NCBI GenBank assembly: GCA_964421995.1
Contig: CAYQYW010000005.1
Coordinates: forward strand, 2,203 to 66,202
Reading direction: 5' to 3'
DNA from: an uncultured Candidatus Saccharibacteria bacterium
Lineage (GTDB): Bacteria; Patescibacteriota; Minisyncoccia; Phycocordibacterales; CAYQYW01
DNA length: 64,000 nucleotides
In this document: in pieces, positions 10,678 to 21,118 of the stretch
How positions within the stretch are numbered: position 1 is the first letter of the stretch
How the letters are laid out: each line of letters starts with the position of its first letter
Position numbers and translations under genes: made by a program
Notes under the pieces: model-generated
What the model saw: only the letters and a program-made list of their open reading frames with translations
What the model was told of the DNA's origin: nothing
The model's database searches: none

Positions 10678-11985
10678 ATGACATCTATGAATAATATAAA
10701 TCTTTTTCAGATGGTTATACTCGGCGTCTTCGTTTTTCTTGCAGCGGCGGGTGTTTTTGTTTTTGCTACGTTTAGTAATTTTGGAGATAAATCTTTTAAT
10801 AAAGTTATTATTTGGGGCACTATCCAAAATAATACAATGAATTCATATATCAGTGAGCTCAAGCGAGAGAATTCTGGATTAAAGGATGTTGAATATGTAG
10901 AGAAAGATAAGCGGATGTACGTAGAAGAGATCGTAGAAGCACTAGCTGCAGGAACTGGACCTGATCTTTTTATGCTTCCACATGAGTCTCTACTCAGACA
11001 GCAAGATAAGATTGTTCTTATACCCTATGATGCCTATTCAGAGAGAGAGTTCAAAGATACGTTCATAGAAGAAGGAGAGTTGTTCCTCAGTGATGAGGGG
11101 ATCTATGCACTACCATTTCTTGTAGACCCACTTATTATGTATTGGAATAGAGATTTATTTGCGAAAGAAGGACTTTCTAGTCCTCCAAGGTTCTGGGATG
11201 AATTATTTACACTTAGCGAAACGCTTACAAAAAGAGATCAGGCAGGAAATATAGTGCAGAGCACTGTTGCATTTGGAGAATATAGGAACGTTACTAATGC
11301 AAAGGAAATACTGACTGCGCTACTAATGCAGTCGGGAACGCCAATCACCAGCCGCGATGGGGACAAAGTACTCTCACGATTAACTGAGAAATTTGATTTT
11401 GTCACGCCGCCAACGGTTGCAGCGCTTCGCTTCTATACTGAATTTTCTAACCCTGTTAAGTCGGTATATTCCTGGAATAGAGGATTACAGAGCTCTCGAC
11501 AAGAATTTCTTGCGGGAGACCTAGCGATTTACTTCGGATTTGCAAGTGAACTTCAAGATATACGAGAATTAAATCCAAATCTTAACTTTGATATTGCAGA
11601 ATTTCCACAGTCGAGAGATGCATTAAAAAAATTAACCTACGGAAAAATGACCGGTCTTGCTATTTCAAAGCAGTCTCTTAACAAGCAAGGTGCTCTTCAG
11701 ACTGCGATAGCCCTTACGGGAGCATCCGGACTTTCTCTATTTACGGAGTCCACTAATCTTCCTCCGGTTAGAAGAGATTTACTACGTTCTATTCCAAGTG
11801 ACTCATATAATGGTCTTACCTACGTATCAGCGGTATTTTCAAATGCATGGCTTGATCCAAACGTAAAAGAAACCGATCTTCTCTTCAAGGAGATGGTGGA
11901 GTCAGTGACCTCTGGAAAGGAGAACCTAAGCTCTGCAGTTGGAATTGCGGATAAAGAGATGGAAAATCTATTGCGTAGTAGGTAG
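10678..11985 (+). CDS. Membrane-anchored extracellular solute-binding protein (family 1-like)
   Basis: N-terminal TM, GTGPDLF, YALPFLVDPLIMYWNRDLF. Confidence 0.85.
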   Translation: MTSMNNINLFQMVILGVFVFLAAAGVFVFATFSNFGDKSFNKVIIWGTIQNNTMNSYISELKRENSGLKDVEYVEKDKRMYVEEIVEALAAGTGPDLFMLPHESLLRQQDKIVLIPYDAYSEREFKDTFIEEGELFLSDEGIYALPFLVDPLIMYWNRDLFAKEGLSSPPRFWDELFTLSETLTKRDQAGNIVQSTVAFGEYRNVTNAKEILTALLMQSGTPITSRDGDKVLSRLTEKFDFVTPPTVAALRFYTEFSNPVKSVYSWNRGLQSSRQEFLAGDLAIYFGFASELQDIRELNPNLNFDIAEFPQSRDALKKLTYGKMTGLAISKQSLNKQGALQTAIALTGASGLSLFTESTNLPPVRRDLLRSIPSDSYNGLTYVSAVFSNAWLDPNVKETDLLFKEMVESVTSGKENLSSAVGIADKEMENLLRSR

Positions 11986-11995
11986 AATACTATAT

Positions 11996-12331
11996 ATGAG
12001 AATATTACTTTTTAACGCATTATTATTACTTCCCATGATTGCACTCGCGACACATGGAGGTGGAGCTTTTGAGAATCCACTAGGATATAACACCATTGAA
12101 CAATTTCTTACTGCAGTACTTGGTGCAGTGGTAGTGATAGCCTTTCCGTTTATTGTGTTGTTTCTTGTCTATGCTGGATTTCTATTTGTAAGTGCACAGG
12201 GAAATGAGGAAAAGCTTAGTACCGCCAAAAAAGTATTCATGTGGACGATTGTTGGTGGGTTGCTTGTTCTTGGAGCACAAGTACTTTCATATGCGATACA
12301 GGGTACCATACAAGAAATAAGCTATTTCTAA
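11996..12331 (+). CDS. TrbC/VirB2-like pilin 1
   Basis: Signal peptide, FENPLG, two TM helices around AQGNEEKLSTAKK. Confidence 0.8.
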   Translation: MRILLFNALLLLPMIALATHGGGAFENPLGYNTIEQFLTAVLGAVVVIAFPFIVLFLVYAGFLFVSAQGNEEKLSTAKKVFMWTIVGGLLVLGAQVLSYAIQGTIQEISYF

Positions 12332-12332
12332 T

Positions 12333-12590
12333 ATGAGAATAAGAACATTAGAAGACCTTATCTTTATTCTTACTGATCTAGTAAGTGCTCTAGTACCTGT
12401 GTTGTTTGCTCTTGCATTCCTCGCCTTCTTCTGGGGGTTAGCCACCTTTATCCTAAACGCAGGAAACGAGGAAGGAAGAACGAAAGGAAAAACAACACTT
12501 GTTTGGGGTTCAATTTCTTTGTTTGTAATCTTTAGTATTTGGGGAATATTAACGTTATTAAAGAATACATTCTTCTTGTCGTATGTATAA
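12333..12590 (+). CDS. Pilin-like two-TM protein 2
   Basis: FFWGLATFILNAGNEEGRTKGK..LVWG. Confidence 0.75.
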   Translation: MRIRTLEDLIFILTDLVSALVPVLFALAFLAFFWGLATFILNAGNEEGRTKGKTTLVWGSISLFVIFSIWGILTLLKNTFFLSYV

Positions 12591-12861
12591 TTTATATGGA
12601 GTCATTAATCAAGTATTTTATCTAATTAAGAATGCAACATATATCGTTGCTAGCCTTGCACTTCTTTATTTCTTTTGGGGACTTGCAGAATTAATACTAA
12701 AGTCATCTGACGATGAGAAAAGAAAAGAAAGTATACAGAAACTAATATGGGGACTGGTAGCACTGTTCGTGCTACTCAGTATTGCAGGGATTATAAATTT
12801 ACTTCAATTTTCTTTTGGATTAGATGTACATTCTTCATGGCACTTGCTGGAGAGATTGTGA
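12583..12861 (+). CDS. Pilin-like two-TM protein 3
   Basis: LLYFFWGLAELIL..DDEKRKE..LIWG. Confidence 0.75.
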   Translation: MYNLYGVINQVFYLIKNATYIVASLALLYFFWGLAELILKSSDDEKRKESIQKLIWGLVALFVLLSIAGIINLLQFSFGLDVHSSWHLLERL

Positions 12862-12944
12862 TATACTATCATTATCCACAAAGTGTTATTTGCATATAGC
12901 TTCTAGCTCTTTTATTATTAGTACATACATTTAATAATTTTATA

Positions 12945-13289
12945 ATGAACACAATGAAAAAACTAAGTTTTGTCGGCATCCTATCGTTAACCCCATTTCT
13001 TGCATTTGCTCAAACCGCAGGAGATGTATTAACTACGATCGGTGAGTTAATTGGGACTGCTACACCGATTGTCGTTGCACTTGCACTTCTTTATTTCTTT
13101 TGGGGACTTGCGACATTTATTCTTTCGGCCGGAGATGAAGATAATAGAAAAAAAGGAAGAGAAGTTATGATATGGGGCATTATTGCGCTATTCATTATTG
13201 TTTCAGTGTGGGGGCTTATCGGACTTGTACAGCAAACACTTGGTCTTGATACTGATTCAACAATTACTGTTCCCTCAGTAGAACTATAG
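12945..13289 (+). CDS. Pilin-like protein 4 with signal peptide
   Basis: AFA-Q cleavage site; LLYFFWGLATFILSAGDEDNRKKGREVMIWG. Confidence 0.8.
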   Translation: MNTMKKLSFVGILSLTPFLAFAQTAGDVLTTIGELIGTATPIVVALALLYFFWGLATFILSAGDEDNRKKGREVMIWGIIALFIIVSVWGLIGLVQQTLGLDTDSTITVPSVEL

Positions 13290-13292
13290 TAT

Positions 13293-13568
13293 ATGAATCA
13301 AGTGGGTCAGTTAATGCACAGGATTAATGATGTAATTATTAATCCACTTATTGGTTTATTGTTTACCGTAGCGTTTGTGATCTTTCTGTGGGGGGCAGTG
13401 AGTTTCATTTTTAATGCTTCAGATGCTGAGGCTCAAAAAAAAGGAAAAAAAAACATGGTATGGGGAATCCTTGGAATGTTTATCATGGTGTCCGTCATTG
13501 CAATATTAAGTATTGTACTCCGAACCTTTGGTGTTGATACGTTGAATACTGGTAGAGGATTTTTCTAG
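13293..13568 (+). CDS. Pilin-like two-TM protein 5
   Basis: FLWGAVSFIFNASDAEAQKKGKKNMVWG. Confidence 0.75.
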   Translation: MNQVGQLMHRINDVIINPLIGLLFTVAFVIFLWGAVSFIFNASDAEAQKKGKKNMVWGILGMFIMVSVIAILSIVLRTFGVDTLNTGRGFF

Positions 13569-13571
13569 AAC

Positions 13572-13599
13572 AAAACCCGCAAGAGCGGGCTTACTTTTT
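13572..13599. terminator. Terminator hairpin
   Basis: cccgc-aaga-gcggg followed by a T-rich tract, between the pilins and the convergent tRNA operon. Confidence 0.55.
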
Positions 13600-13611
13600 A
13601 TCCACCATACT

Positions 13612-13695
13612 TGGTGGGCGAGAGAGGACTCGAACCTCCACGCCTTGCGGCACTAGTTCCTAAGACTAGCGTGTCTACCATTTCACCACTCGCCC
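13612..13695 (-). tRNA. tRNA-Leu(TAG)
   Basis: Cloverleaf GGGCGAG...CTAGT-CT-TAG-GA-ACTAG, long variable arm, CCA encoded. Confidence 0.95.
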
Positions 13696-13711
13696 AAAGT
13701 AAAGAACAATG

Positions 13712-13784
13712 TCCGCCCGGTAGGACTTGAACCTACGACCTTATGGTTAAGAGCCATCTGCTCTACCAACTGAGCTACGGGCGG
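13712..13784 (-). tRNA. tRNA-Lys(CTT)
   Basis: CCGCCCG TAGCTCAGTTGGTAGAGC, loop CT-CTT-AA, GGTTCAAGTCC. Confidence 0.93.
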
Positions 13785-13835
13785 ATTGCGTTACATAAAT
13801 GTACACTAAAACTACATATAATTCAATACTTTTTG

Positions 13836-13918
13836 TGCCGGGAGCGGGGATCGAACCCGCACAAGCTTTCGCTTACAACATTTTAAGTGTTGCGTGTCTA
13901 CCATTTCACCACCCCGGC
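13836..13918 (-). tRNA. tRNA-Leu(TAA)
   Basis: CAACA-CT-TAA-AA-TGTTG, long variable arm, GGTTCGATCC. Confidence 0.94.
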
Positions 13919-13919
13919 A

Positions 13920-13995
13920 TGGAGGCCTGAGCCGGAGTCGAACCGGCGCATAGAAGTTTTGCAAACTCCTGCCTTAACCACTTGGCTATCAGGCC
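13920..13995 (-). tRNA. tRNA-Cys(GCA)
   Basis: GGCCTGA acceptor, loop TT-GCA-AA, U73 discriminator, CCA. Confidence 0.94.
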
Positions 13996-14316
13996 TTAAA
14001 CTTGTAAAAGTTCATCAATCCTCCTTCTGTTTTTGTCTCCTTCATCTATCTTGAAGTCAAAGTAGGGAACTCGTTTCATATTTGTTTTTGACATAACAAA
14101 TGTTCGAAAGTCTCTACCTCTTCTCATCAAGAAGTGAATTACCTCTTGCTCTTTTTCCTCAGGCATGACCGTAATATAGATAGTTGCATTGCTGAAGTTT
14201 GGTGATACATCAGCATCAGTCACGGTAACAAGAGATTCTCTATTAGATTCTTGGCTAATAAAGTCTCCTGCAAACTGCAGCAACTGTCCTTTTACTTGTT
14301 CTTGCCTCTGCGTCAT
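13996..14316 (-). CDS. rbfA: Ribosome-binding factor A
   Basis: VTVTDADVSPNFSNATIY, KRVPYFDFKID; downstream of infB. Confidence 0.9.
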   Translation of the reverse strand: MTQRQEQVKGQLLQFAGDFISQESNRESLVTVTDADVSPNFSNATIYITVMPEEKEQEVIHFLMRRGRDFRTFVMSKTNMKRVPYFDFKIDEGDKNRRRIDELLQV

Positions 14317-14324
14317 ACTCTATA

Positions 14325-15794
14325 TTATTTTATCGCAATAATAAAGGTCTCGAGGATATCTCCCTCTGCAACATCAAACGGCGAGGTGACTTCTGATCCA
14401 AACTCACCTTCCTCAACTTTATTTGTTTGAGCTTTTTGCTGTTGCAACCCCTCTATTGTACCATTTGCAATGGCCTCCTCTTTTCTCACTATCGTGAACG
14501 TATCACCAACCGAAATTGATCCTGTTTCAATTCTTCCCCCAATTACTTGCTTGTTTTTTGTCTTATTAAATATCTTTAATACTTTCATTTTGCCAGTCAC
14601 CTCTTTCACCTCCATCCTTGGGGTACGTTTCTTGATTGCCTCTTCTAACCATTCAGTGAGCTTGTAGATAATATCAAACCGAGCTACCTCAATTTCCGTT
14701 CTTCTAGCCAATTCTTCAGCTGGTGCATCGATGGATACATTAAATCCTGCAACGATTGCGTGATCAGACCCTCCTGCAGTTTTAATATCATTTTCGGTAA
14801 TTGTACCGACGCCGCTGTGGATTATTTTACTATGCACTCGATCACTTTTCATTTTATTGATTTCATGGAGTACTGCGTCTAGTGTCCCAAGTGCATCTGC
14901 CTTCACGATAATCGGGATGGTATGTTGGTCGCCAACAGTTTTGTTTACCACTTGCTTTTCCTTCTTGAATGTTGCTGTTAGTCGTTCAGCTTCTTTTTTA
15001 CTTGTTACGGTAGTGAATGCAGACCCCACATCAGGAATTGTATTGAACCCAATGAGGGTTACTGGACTTGAGAAGGTTGCTTCTTTAATGCTGTCTCCAA
15101 GAAAATTCTGCATGATTCGTGTAGGGGAGTAACTATTTCCTGATACCACAAACGATCCAGATGAAAGCGTTCCATCTTTAATAATTAATGTTGCTGAAAT
15201 TCCTTTCTTTGGGTCACGGTGTGACTCAATAATAATACCTTCTGCATACTTCTCTTTGTCTCCTTTAAGCTCCTCAACTTCGGAAACCAGAAGCATCATG
15301 TTCAACAGATCAGGAATTCCTTCTCCTGTTTTTGAAGAGATCGCAACATAGGGAACGTCACCCCCGAGCCCCTCAAGATATATTTCGTGCTCAAGAAGAC
15401 TGTTTTTTACTTTCTCAACATTTGCACGTTCTTTGTCTATTTTGGTGAGTGCAACAATGTAGGGGATTCCAGCGTCCGTAATTGATTGAAGGGCTTCTAT
15501 TGTCTGCGTCTTTGGTCCTTCTTCAGCTGATATAATGAGGATAGCAATATCTGCCACCTTACTCCCCCGAGCACGCATTTTTTGGAATGCCTCGTGTCCA
15601 GGTGTATCAAGGAAGGTTATTAACTTTCCCTTGTGCTTTACTTCGTACGCTGAAAGGTGCTGGGTGATTCCTCCCGCTTCACTTTCTACAACTTTGGTGC
15701 TTCTAATGTAATCGAGTAGTGCAGACTTACCATGGTCGATATGTCCCATTATCGCAATTACGGGCGGTCGTTCTTTTTCTTTGATATCTTTCAT
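14325..15794 (-). CDS. infB: Translation initiation factor IF-2 (no N-terminal extension)
   Basis: RPPVIAIMGHIDHGKS, GGITQH, DTPGHEAF. Confidence 0.97.
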   Translation of the reverse strand: MKDIKEKERPPVIAIMGHIDHGKSALLDYIRSTKVVESEAGGITQHLSAYEVKHKGKLITFLDTPGHEAFQKMRARGSKVADIAILIISAEEGPKTQTIEALQSITDAGIPYIVALTKIDKERANVEKVKNSLLEHEIYLEGLGGDVPYVAISSKTGEGIPDLLNMMLLVSEVEELKGDKEKYAEGIIIESHRDPKKGISATLIIKDGTLSSGSFVVSGNSYSPTRIMQNFLGDSIKEATFSSPVTLIGFNTIPDVGSAFTTVTSKKEAERLTATFKKEKQVVNKTVGDQHTIPIIVKADALGTLDAVLHEINKMKSDRVHSKIIHSGVGTITENDIKTAGGSDHAIVAGFNVSIDAPAEELARRTEIEVARFDIIYKLTEWLEEAIKKRTPRMEVKEVTGKMKVLKIFNKTKNKQVIGGRIETGSISVGDTFTIVRKEEAIANGTIEGLQQQKAQTNKVEEGEFGSEVTSPFDVAEGDILETFIIAIK

Positions 15795-15805
15795 AATTCA
15801 TGTAG

Positions 15806-16279
15806 TTATTGCATTTTTGCTTTTGCCTTTTTGAGTGCTGCCTTTTCCTCATTAGAAAGATCAAAAGGTGAAGTAAACCCATCAAGGGGCTTTGCGAAGA
15901 CACTCATTCGGTCTCTTGAGTAGATACTTGAAAGTATTACCCCAGTACCTTCCTCATTAATAAACGCAGTGGCAAAGCTTTGATTTCCACCACCTGCACC
16001 CTTAAATGGATTAAATCGTATGGTATCAACTCCACGAACGCTCTTTTTGAGTCGTTTTTCTACCTTTTCAAGGTATGATTCCATCTCAGTTCTAAACTGA
16101 TTCATGTCCTTTTGATTTTCAATCAACGAAAGAATTGAACCCTCGAGACTTTTTCCATTTTTCCCTCGAAGGAGTTGCCCCATCTTTAGTTCAAGGCGCA
16201 CAATCCAAACAACAAGCAAAAAAATACCAGTTGATAGTACTACAATAGTAGGGTTTATATACATTAGTAGGTCTGTCAT
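15806..16279 (-). CDS. DUF4446-like membrane protein
   Basis: N-terminal TM, coiled coil, RFNPF..GGNQSFA, LSNEEKAA. Confidence 0.75.
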   Translation of the reverse strand: MTDLLMYINPTIVVLSTGIFLLVVWIVRLELKMGQLLRGKNGKSLEGSILSLIENQKDMNQFRTEMESYLEKVEKRLKKSVRGVDTIRFNPFKGAGGGNQSFATAFINEEGTGVILSSIYSRDRMSVFAKPLDGFTSPFDLSNEEKAALKKAKAKMQ

Positions 16280-16359
16280 AGAAAGGTTTGCTTAATTAAC
16301 CTATTATACACACGGTTACCTCTTTTGCAAAAAGTGAAATTACTTGTACAATCATGTGA

Positions 16360-17511
16360 ATGAATAGAGTTTATTTAGATAATGCTGCTTCCACCTCGGT
16401 AGATAAGCGAGTGGTGAAGGCAATGATGCCATACTGGAGTGAACAATACGGTAATGCGGGAGGTATTCTTCATGATGAGGGAATGGAAGGAAGAACCGCA
16501 ATCGACACTGCTCGGCAAGAATTGGCAGGGTACATCAACGCACAAGAAACTGAGATTGTTTTTACTTCAGGAGGAACTGAAGCGAATAACTTAGCTATTT
16601 TAGGCGTAGTGCGAAGGCTTGAGGATGAGGGTACTCCACTTACAGACATGCATATCATTACCACCGAGATTGAGCACTCTTCGGTACTAGATATTTTCAA
16701 ATTTCTTGAAAAAAAAGGAGTACAGATGTCCTATGTACAAGTAGATATTGATGGACTAATTCTCATTGAAGACGTACAGAACGCACTACAGGACAATACT
16801 GTACTGGTATCAGTTATGATGAGTAATAATGAAATTGGAACGGTGATGCCCGTTTTCGAGATTGGAAGAATGATTTTGGCAAAAAAGAAGGGAAGAGCGT
16901 TACCGCTTTATTTTCATGTAGACGCAAGCCAGGCTGCACTTTTCTTCAAGATAAATGTGTTGACCTTACACGCTGACCTCATCACTTTTGATGCGCAGAA
17001 AATGTATGGACCGAAGGGGGTTGGGTTTTTGTACAAAAATCAGAAGGTAGAGTTGCAACCACTAATGCTTGGTGGTAATCAGGAATTTGGATTGCGTCCC
17101 GGAACACCAAACACTCCATTAATTGTTGGATACCATAAGGCATTTGAACTAGTTGAGGAGAGTAGAGAAAAGCATAACAAGCAGATGACAGAGCTTCGTA
17201 ATTATTTTATTGCTGAAGTAGAAGCACGAGGGGCGACTCTAAACGGAAGTCGTGAGAAGCGTGTACCCAGCAATATTAATGTGTCCTTCGAAGGATACGA
17301 TGCTGAGTTTTTTGTGATTTCATTAAATAAAAAAGGAGTAGCTTGTTCGGCAAAAAGTGCCTGTCTTGGATCAAACAAAGATGGCTCATATGTAGTGAGA
17401 GCTCTCGGTGGAAAAGGTACGAGCTCGGTTAGGTTTTCACTCTCAAAATATACGACAAAAAAAGAGTTAGATTTTACCTTAAGGATGATAGAAGAAATAT
17501 TGAAAAAATAA
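16360..17511 (+). CDS. iscS: Cysteine desulfurase (IscS/NifS)
   Basis: YLDNAAST, FTSGGTEANN, QKMYGPKG, SAKSAC. Confidence 0.9.
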   Translation: MNRVYLDNAASTSVDKRVVKAMMPYWSEQYGNAGGILHDEGMEGRTAIDTARQELAGYINAQETEIVFTSGGTEANNLAILGVVRRLEDEGTPLTDMHIITTEIEHSSVLDIFKFLEKKGVQMSYVQVDIDGLILIEDVQNALQDNTVLVSVMMSNNEIGTVMPVFEIGRMILAKKKGRALPLYFHVDASQAALFFKINVLTLHADLITFDAQKMYGPKGVGFLYKNQKVELQPLMLGGNQEFGLRPGTPNTPLIVGYHKAFELVEESREKHNKQMTELRNYFIAEVEARGATLNGSREKRVPSNINVSFEGYDAEFFVISLNKKGVACSAKSACLGSNKDGSYVVRALGGKGTSSVRFSLSKYTTKKELDFTLRMIEEILKK

Positions 17512-17535
17512 TAAAATGTACTATAATATGTATAT

Positions 17536-18333
17536 ATGGATGTTGAAGAACTAACAAAATCACAAATTATTCTTTTAACCCTTCTAATCAGCTTTGTTAC
17601 CTCAATTGCAACAGGTATTGTGACGGTGAGCCTACTTGATCAAGCGCCTCCTGCAATTACCCAGACGATAAACAGGGTGGTAGAGCGGACAATCGAGCGA
17701 GTGGTTCCTGACACCACGCAAGGAGCAGTAGTAACGAAGACGATTGTTGTAAAGGAAGAAGATTTAATTACTGAATCAATTGAACGAAATTCAAGGAGTC
17801 TTGTGCGAATCTACAATACTGAAGAAGTATTTCTTGGACTTGGGTTCTTTGTTGATGGTAGAGGGGTTATTGCAACTGATGCATCAATCATTGGTCTTGA
17901 CGAAGAATATTCTGTGGTGACGCATGACGGAAATACATATACTGCAGGTTTACTTGAAGATTCATTTCTCAGTATTTCCGAAGCGCAGGAAGTTTCATTT
18001 GAATCAGTGACGTACGCAGACCTTACTTCTTTGAAACTAGGTCAAACGGTAATTGCATTAAGTGGAAAAGAGCGCACCGGTGTATCAATGGGAATTGTTT
18101 CAGGATTTCTTGAAACACAAGAAGTAATTGAAGCGACAGAAGAAAAAGAAGAATATACCGTCAGTGTGCTTGCTGAAATTGAAACTTCAGTTAATTTACA
18201 AAAAGTAATCTTTGGAAGTCCGCTCGTGAATATGTTCGGTGAAGTTGTTGGTATTCATACAACAGCGTCAAATGGGTACGTTCCACTACCACCTACCCCT
18301 GTTATAGAAGAGGAGGAAGTGATCACTGAATAG
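17536..18333 (+). CDS. Membrane-anchored trypsin/HtrA-like protein with degenerate triad
   Basis: GLGFFVD..VIATDASI, LKLGQTVIAL, GSPLVNMFGEVVGI. Confidence 0.7.
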   Translation: MDVEELTKSQIILLTLLISFVTSIATGIVTVSLLDQAPPAITQTINRVVERTIERVVPDTTQGAVVTKTIVVKEEDLITESIERNSRSLVRIYNTEEVFLGLGFFVDGRGVIATDASIIGLDEEYSVVTHDGNTYTAGLLEDSFLSISEAQEVSFESVTYADLTSLKLGQTVIALSGKERTGVSMGIVSGFLETQEVIEATEEKEEYTVSVLAEIETSVNLQKVIFGSPLVNMFGEVVGIHTTASNGYVPLPPTPVIEEEEVITE

Positions 18334-18337
18334 AGTT

Positions 18338-21013
18338 ATGGCACCGTTTAACAACTTCACTACAAAAGCAAAAGAGGCAATACGAAAGGCTCATGAGTTG
18401 GCTATTGAGCGTGGTCAAAATCATGTGAATCCATTGCATTTACTTACCGCACTCGTGCTTCAAGAAGAAAGCACCGTATATTCAATTTTAGAGAAACTAG
18501 ACGCAGATACCATCTTCCTAACCGATTCACTCATGGACTTACTTGAAACTCCTGAGACTGCACCGGTTATGTCGCAGTCATATCAGCTCTACCTTACTCC
18601 TGAATTAGCACAGGTACTCGAAGGTGCTACAAAGCTTGCACAGCAAATGGGCGATCAGTTTGTTTCGACAGAACATTTATTTATTGCTATTTTTGACTAT
18701 CCAGGTCCTGCACAAGAGATTTTGGTGCAGTTTCAATTTGATCGACAGACTGTCCTGGATATCGTTGAGGAGCTACGAGAGAATAATATTTCAGACATTA
18801 AGCAACCAAAAGGAAATCGATCAATTCAAAAGTACACACGAAGTCTTACAGAACTTGCACGAGATAATAAGTTAGATCCCGTCATTGGACGTGAAATGGA
18901 AATTGGTAGAGCAATACAAATACTTTCTCGTCGTACGAAGAATAACCCAATCTTCATTGGAGAGGCAGGAGTTGGAAAAACTGCAATTGCAGAAGGGTTG
19001 GCGCAGCGCATGGCAACGGGTGATGTTCCAGAATCTCTAAAAGAAAAAGACTTAGTAATGCTCGATCTCGGTCTTTTGATTGCAGGAACAAAATATCGAG
19101 GAGAATTCGAAGAACGATTGAAGGGTATTATGAAAGAAGTTGAACGGTCTGAAGGACAGATTATTCTCTTTATTGATGAGATTCATACCATTGTTGGAGC
19201 TGGAGCTGTTGAGGGACAAATGGATGCATCTAATATGCTAAAACCTGCTCTCGCAAGAGGAGAATTACGGGTAATTGGTGCTACTACGCTTAAGGAATAC
19301 CAAAAGCACATTGAGCGTGATCCTGCGCTCACACGCCGATTTCAACCTATCCACGTACAAGAACCATCACTTGATGATGCTATTGCGATTCTTCGAGGAC
19401 TTCGAGAAAAGTATGAGTTATTCCATGGGGTTAGAATTACCGATGATTCTATTGTTGCCGCAGTTACGTTAAGTAGTAGGTATATTACTGATCGTTTCTT
19501 GCCGGACAAGGCAGTTGACCTTATTGACGAAGCTGCTTCTGCGCTTCGAATTTCACTTGAGAACAAACCACCTGAACTTGAAGATGCACATCGAAAGATA
19601 CTACGTCTTGAGATTGAGAAGCGGGCAGTTTCAAAGGATGATAACAAGAAGGCAAAGGCACGAGTACGAAAAATAGAAAAAGATATTGCAGACTTAAAAG
19701 AAAAAACGTCTGAACTTGAGTTAAAATGGGGAAATGAGAAAGAGACGTTAGTTGATATTAAAAACATTAAAGAGGATCTTGAATCAATTCGTCTTGAGGC
19801 TGAGGCAGCTGAGGCAATCGCTGACTTAACGAAAGCTGCGGAGCTTCGATATAGCACGATACCAACATTGGAAAAAAACCTTGAAGTAAAGATAAAACGA
19901 TTAAAGAAACTACAAAAATCTCGGCGTATTTTGAAAGAGGAAGTTACCGAAGAAGATATTGCTGCGGTTGTTGCAGGGTGGACGAACATACCTGTCTCAC
20001 GAATGCTTGAGGAAGAAGCAGAGAAGCTTTCACGAATGGAGGCAACATTACGTAAACGTGTGGTTGGTCAGGAGGATGCCATTTCCATGGTGTCCGACGC
20101 GGTGAAGCGATCACGTGCCGGAGTGTCTGACCCCAATAGACCAATTGGCTCATTCCTTTTCTTGGGTCCGAGTGGAGTAGGAAAAACAGAACTTACTAAA
20201 GCGCTTGCCGAGTTTATGTTTGATGATGAGAAGGCATTACTACGAGTAGATATGTCTGAGTACATGGAGAGACATTCAGTGTCAAAAATTATTGGTTCGC
20301 CTCCCGGATACGTAGGACACGAGGAAGGAGGAAATCTTACCGAGTTAGTTCGTCACCGGCCGTACTCAGTGATTCTCTTTGATGAAATTGAGAAGGCTCA
20401 CCCTGAAGTATTTAATATATTACTCCAGGTATTAGATGACGGTCACCTAACGGATGCAAAAGGAAGAAAGGTTAATTTCAAAAATACGATTATTATTCTT
20501 ACCTCAAACATTGGTTCAGAGCATATTGACAAAATGACGAACCTTGGATTTGCACAGGATAATAAAAATGACGAAGCCCAGTACGTTCAAACAAAGGAGA
20601 AGGTCATGGATTCTCTTAAGGAATTTTTCCGGCCTGAGTTCTTGAATCGATTGGATGACAATATTATCTTTGATATTTTGAAGCCCGAGGTTATTAAGGA
20701 TATTGTAAAGATTCAAATTGGCATTGTTATTAACCGACTGAAAGAAAAGGAAATTAGACTGAACGTATCTCATACTGTTTTGGATTACATGGCAAAAGAG
20801 GGATACAATCCACAGTATGGAGCTCGTCCACTAAAGCGATTGATTCAGAATAAAATTCTTACCAAAGTAGCATCGCTCATGGTATCACGTGGTGTGATGG
20901 AAGGAGGGTCTGTCTCTGTAGGAATGAAGGGAGACGAGTTTACCTTTGCAGTTACTAAGAAAAGAGTACCTATTAAAAAAGCTTCAAAAAAGAGAGAAAA
21001 AGTGTTAGTCTAG
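18338..21013 (+). CDS. clpB: ClpB/ClpC-family AAA+ chaperone
   Basis: Two Walker A motifs ([16 protein letters not shown]), long middle coiled coil, GARPLKR. Confidence 0.93.
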   Translation: MAPFNNFTTKAKEAIRKAHELAIERGQNHVNPLHLLTALVLQEESTVYSILEKLDADTIFLTDSLMDLLETPETAPVMSQSYQLYLTPELAQVLEGATKLAQQMGDQFVSTEHLFIAIFDYPGPAQEILVQFQFDRQTVLDIVEELRENNISDIKQPKGNRSIQKYTRSLTELARDNKLDPVIGREMEIGRAIQILSRRTKNNPIFIGEAGVGKTAIAEGLAQRMATGDVPESLKEKDLVMLDLGLLIAGTKYRGEFEERLKGIMKEVERSEGQIILFIDEIHTIVGAGAVEGQMDASNMLKPALARGELRVIGATTLKEYQKHIERDPALTRRFQPIHVQEPSLDDAIAILRGLREKYELFHGVRITDDSIVAAVTLSSRYITDRFLPDKAVDLIDEAASALRISLENKPPELEDAHRKILRLEIEKRAVSKDDNKKAKARVRKIEKDIADLKEKTSELELKWGNEKETLVDIKNIKEDLESIRLEAEAAEAIADLTKAAELRYSTIPTLEKNLEVKIKRLKKLQKSRRILKEEVTEEDIAAVVAGWTNIPVSRMLEEEAEKLSRMEATLRKRVVGQEDAISMVSDAVKRSRAGVSDPNRPIGSFLFLGPSGVGKTELTKALAEFMFDDEKALLRVDMSEYMERHSVSKIIGSPPGYVGHEEGGNLTELVRHRPYSVILFDEIEKAHPEVFNILLQVLDDGHLTDAKGRKVNFKNTIIILTSNIGSEHIDKMTNLGFAQDNKNDEAQYVQTKEKVMDSLKEFFRPEFLNRLDDNIIFDILKPEVIKDIVKIQIGIVINRLKEKEIRLNVSHTVLDYMAKEGYNPQYGARPLKRLIQNKILTKVASLMVSRGVMEGGSVSVGMKGDEFTFAVTKKRVPIKKASKKREKVLV

Positions 21014-21020
21014 GCTCTAT

Positions 21021-21106
21021 GCGTCGGTGGCAGAGCGGTCAAATGCACGAGGCTGTAAACTTCGCGACTTCGGTCTACGCAGGTTCGAATCCTGCCCGGC
21101 GCACCA
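21021..21106 (+). tRNA. tRNA-Tyr(GTA)
   Basis: CGAGG-CT-GTA-AA-CTTCG, long variable arm, CCA. Confidence 0.95.
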
Positions 21107-21118
21107 AAATTAGCTACC

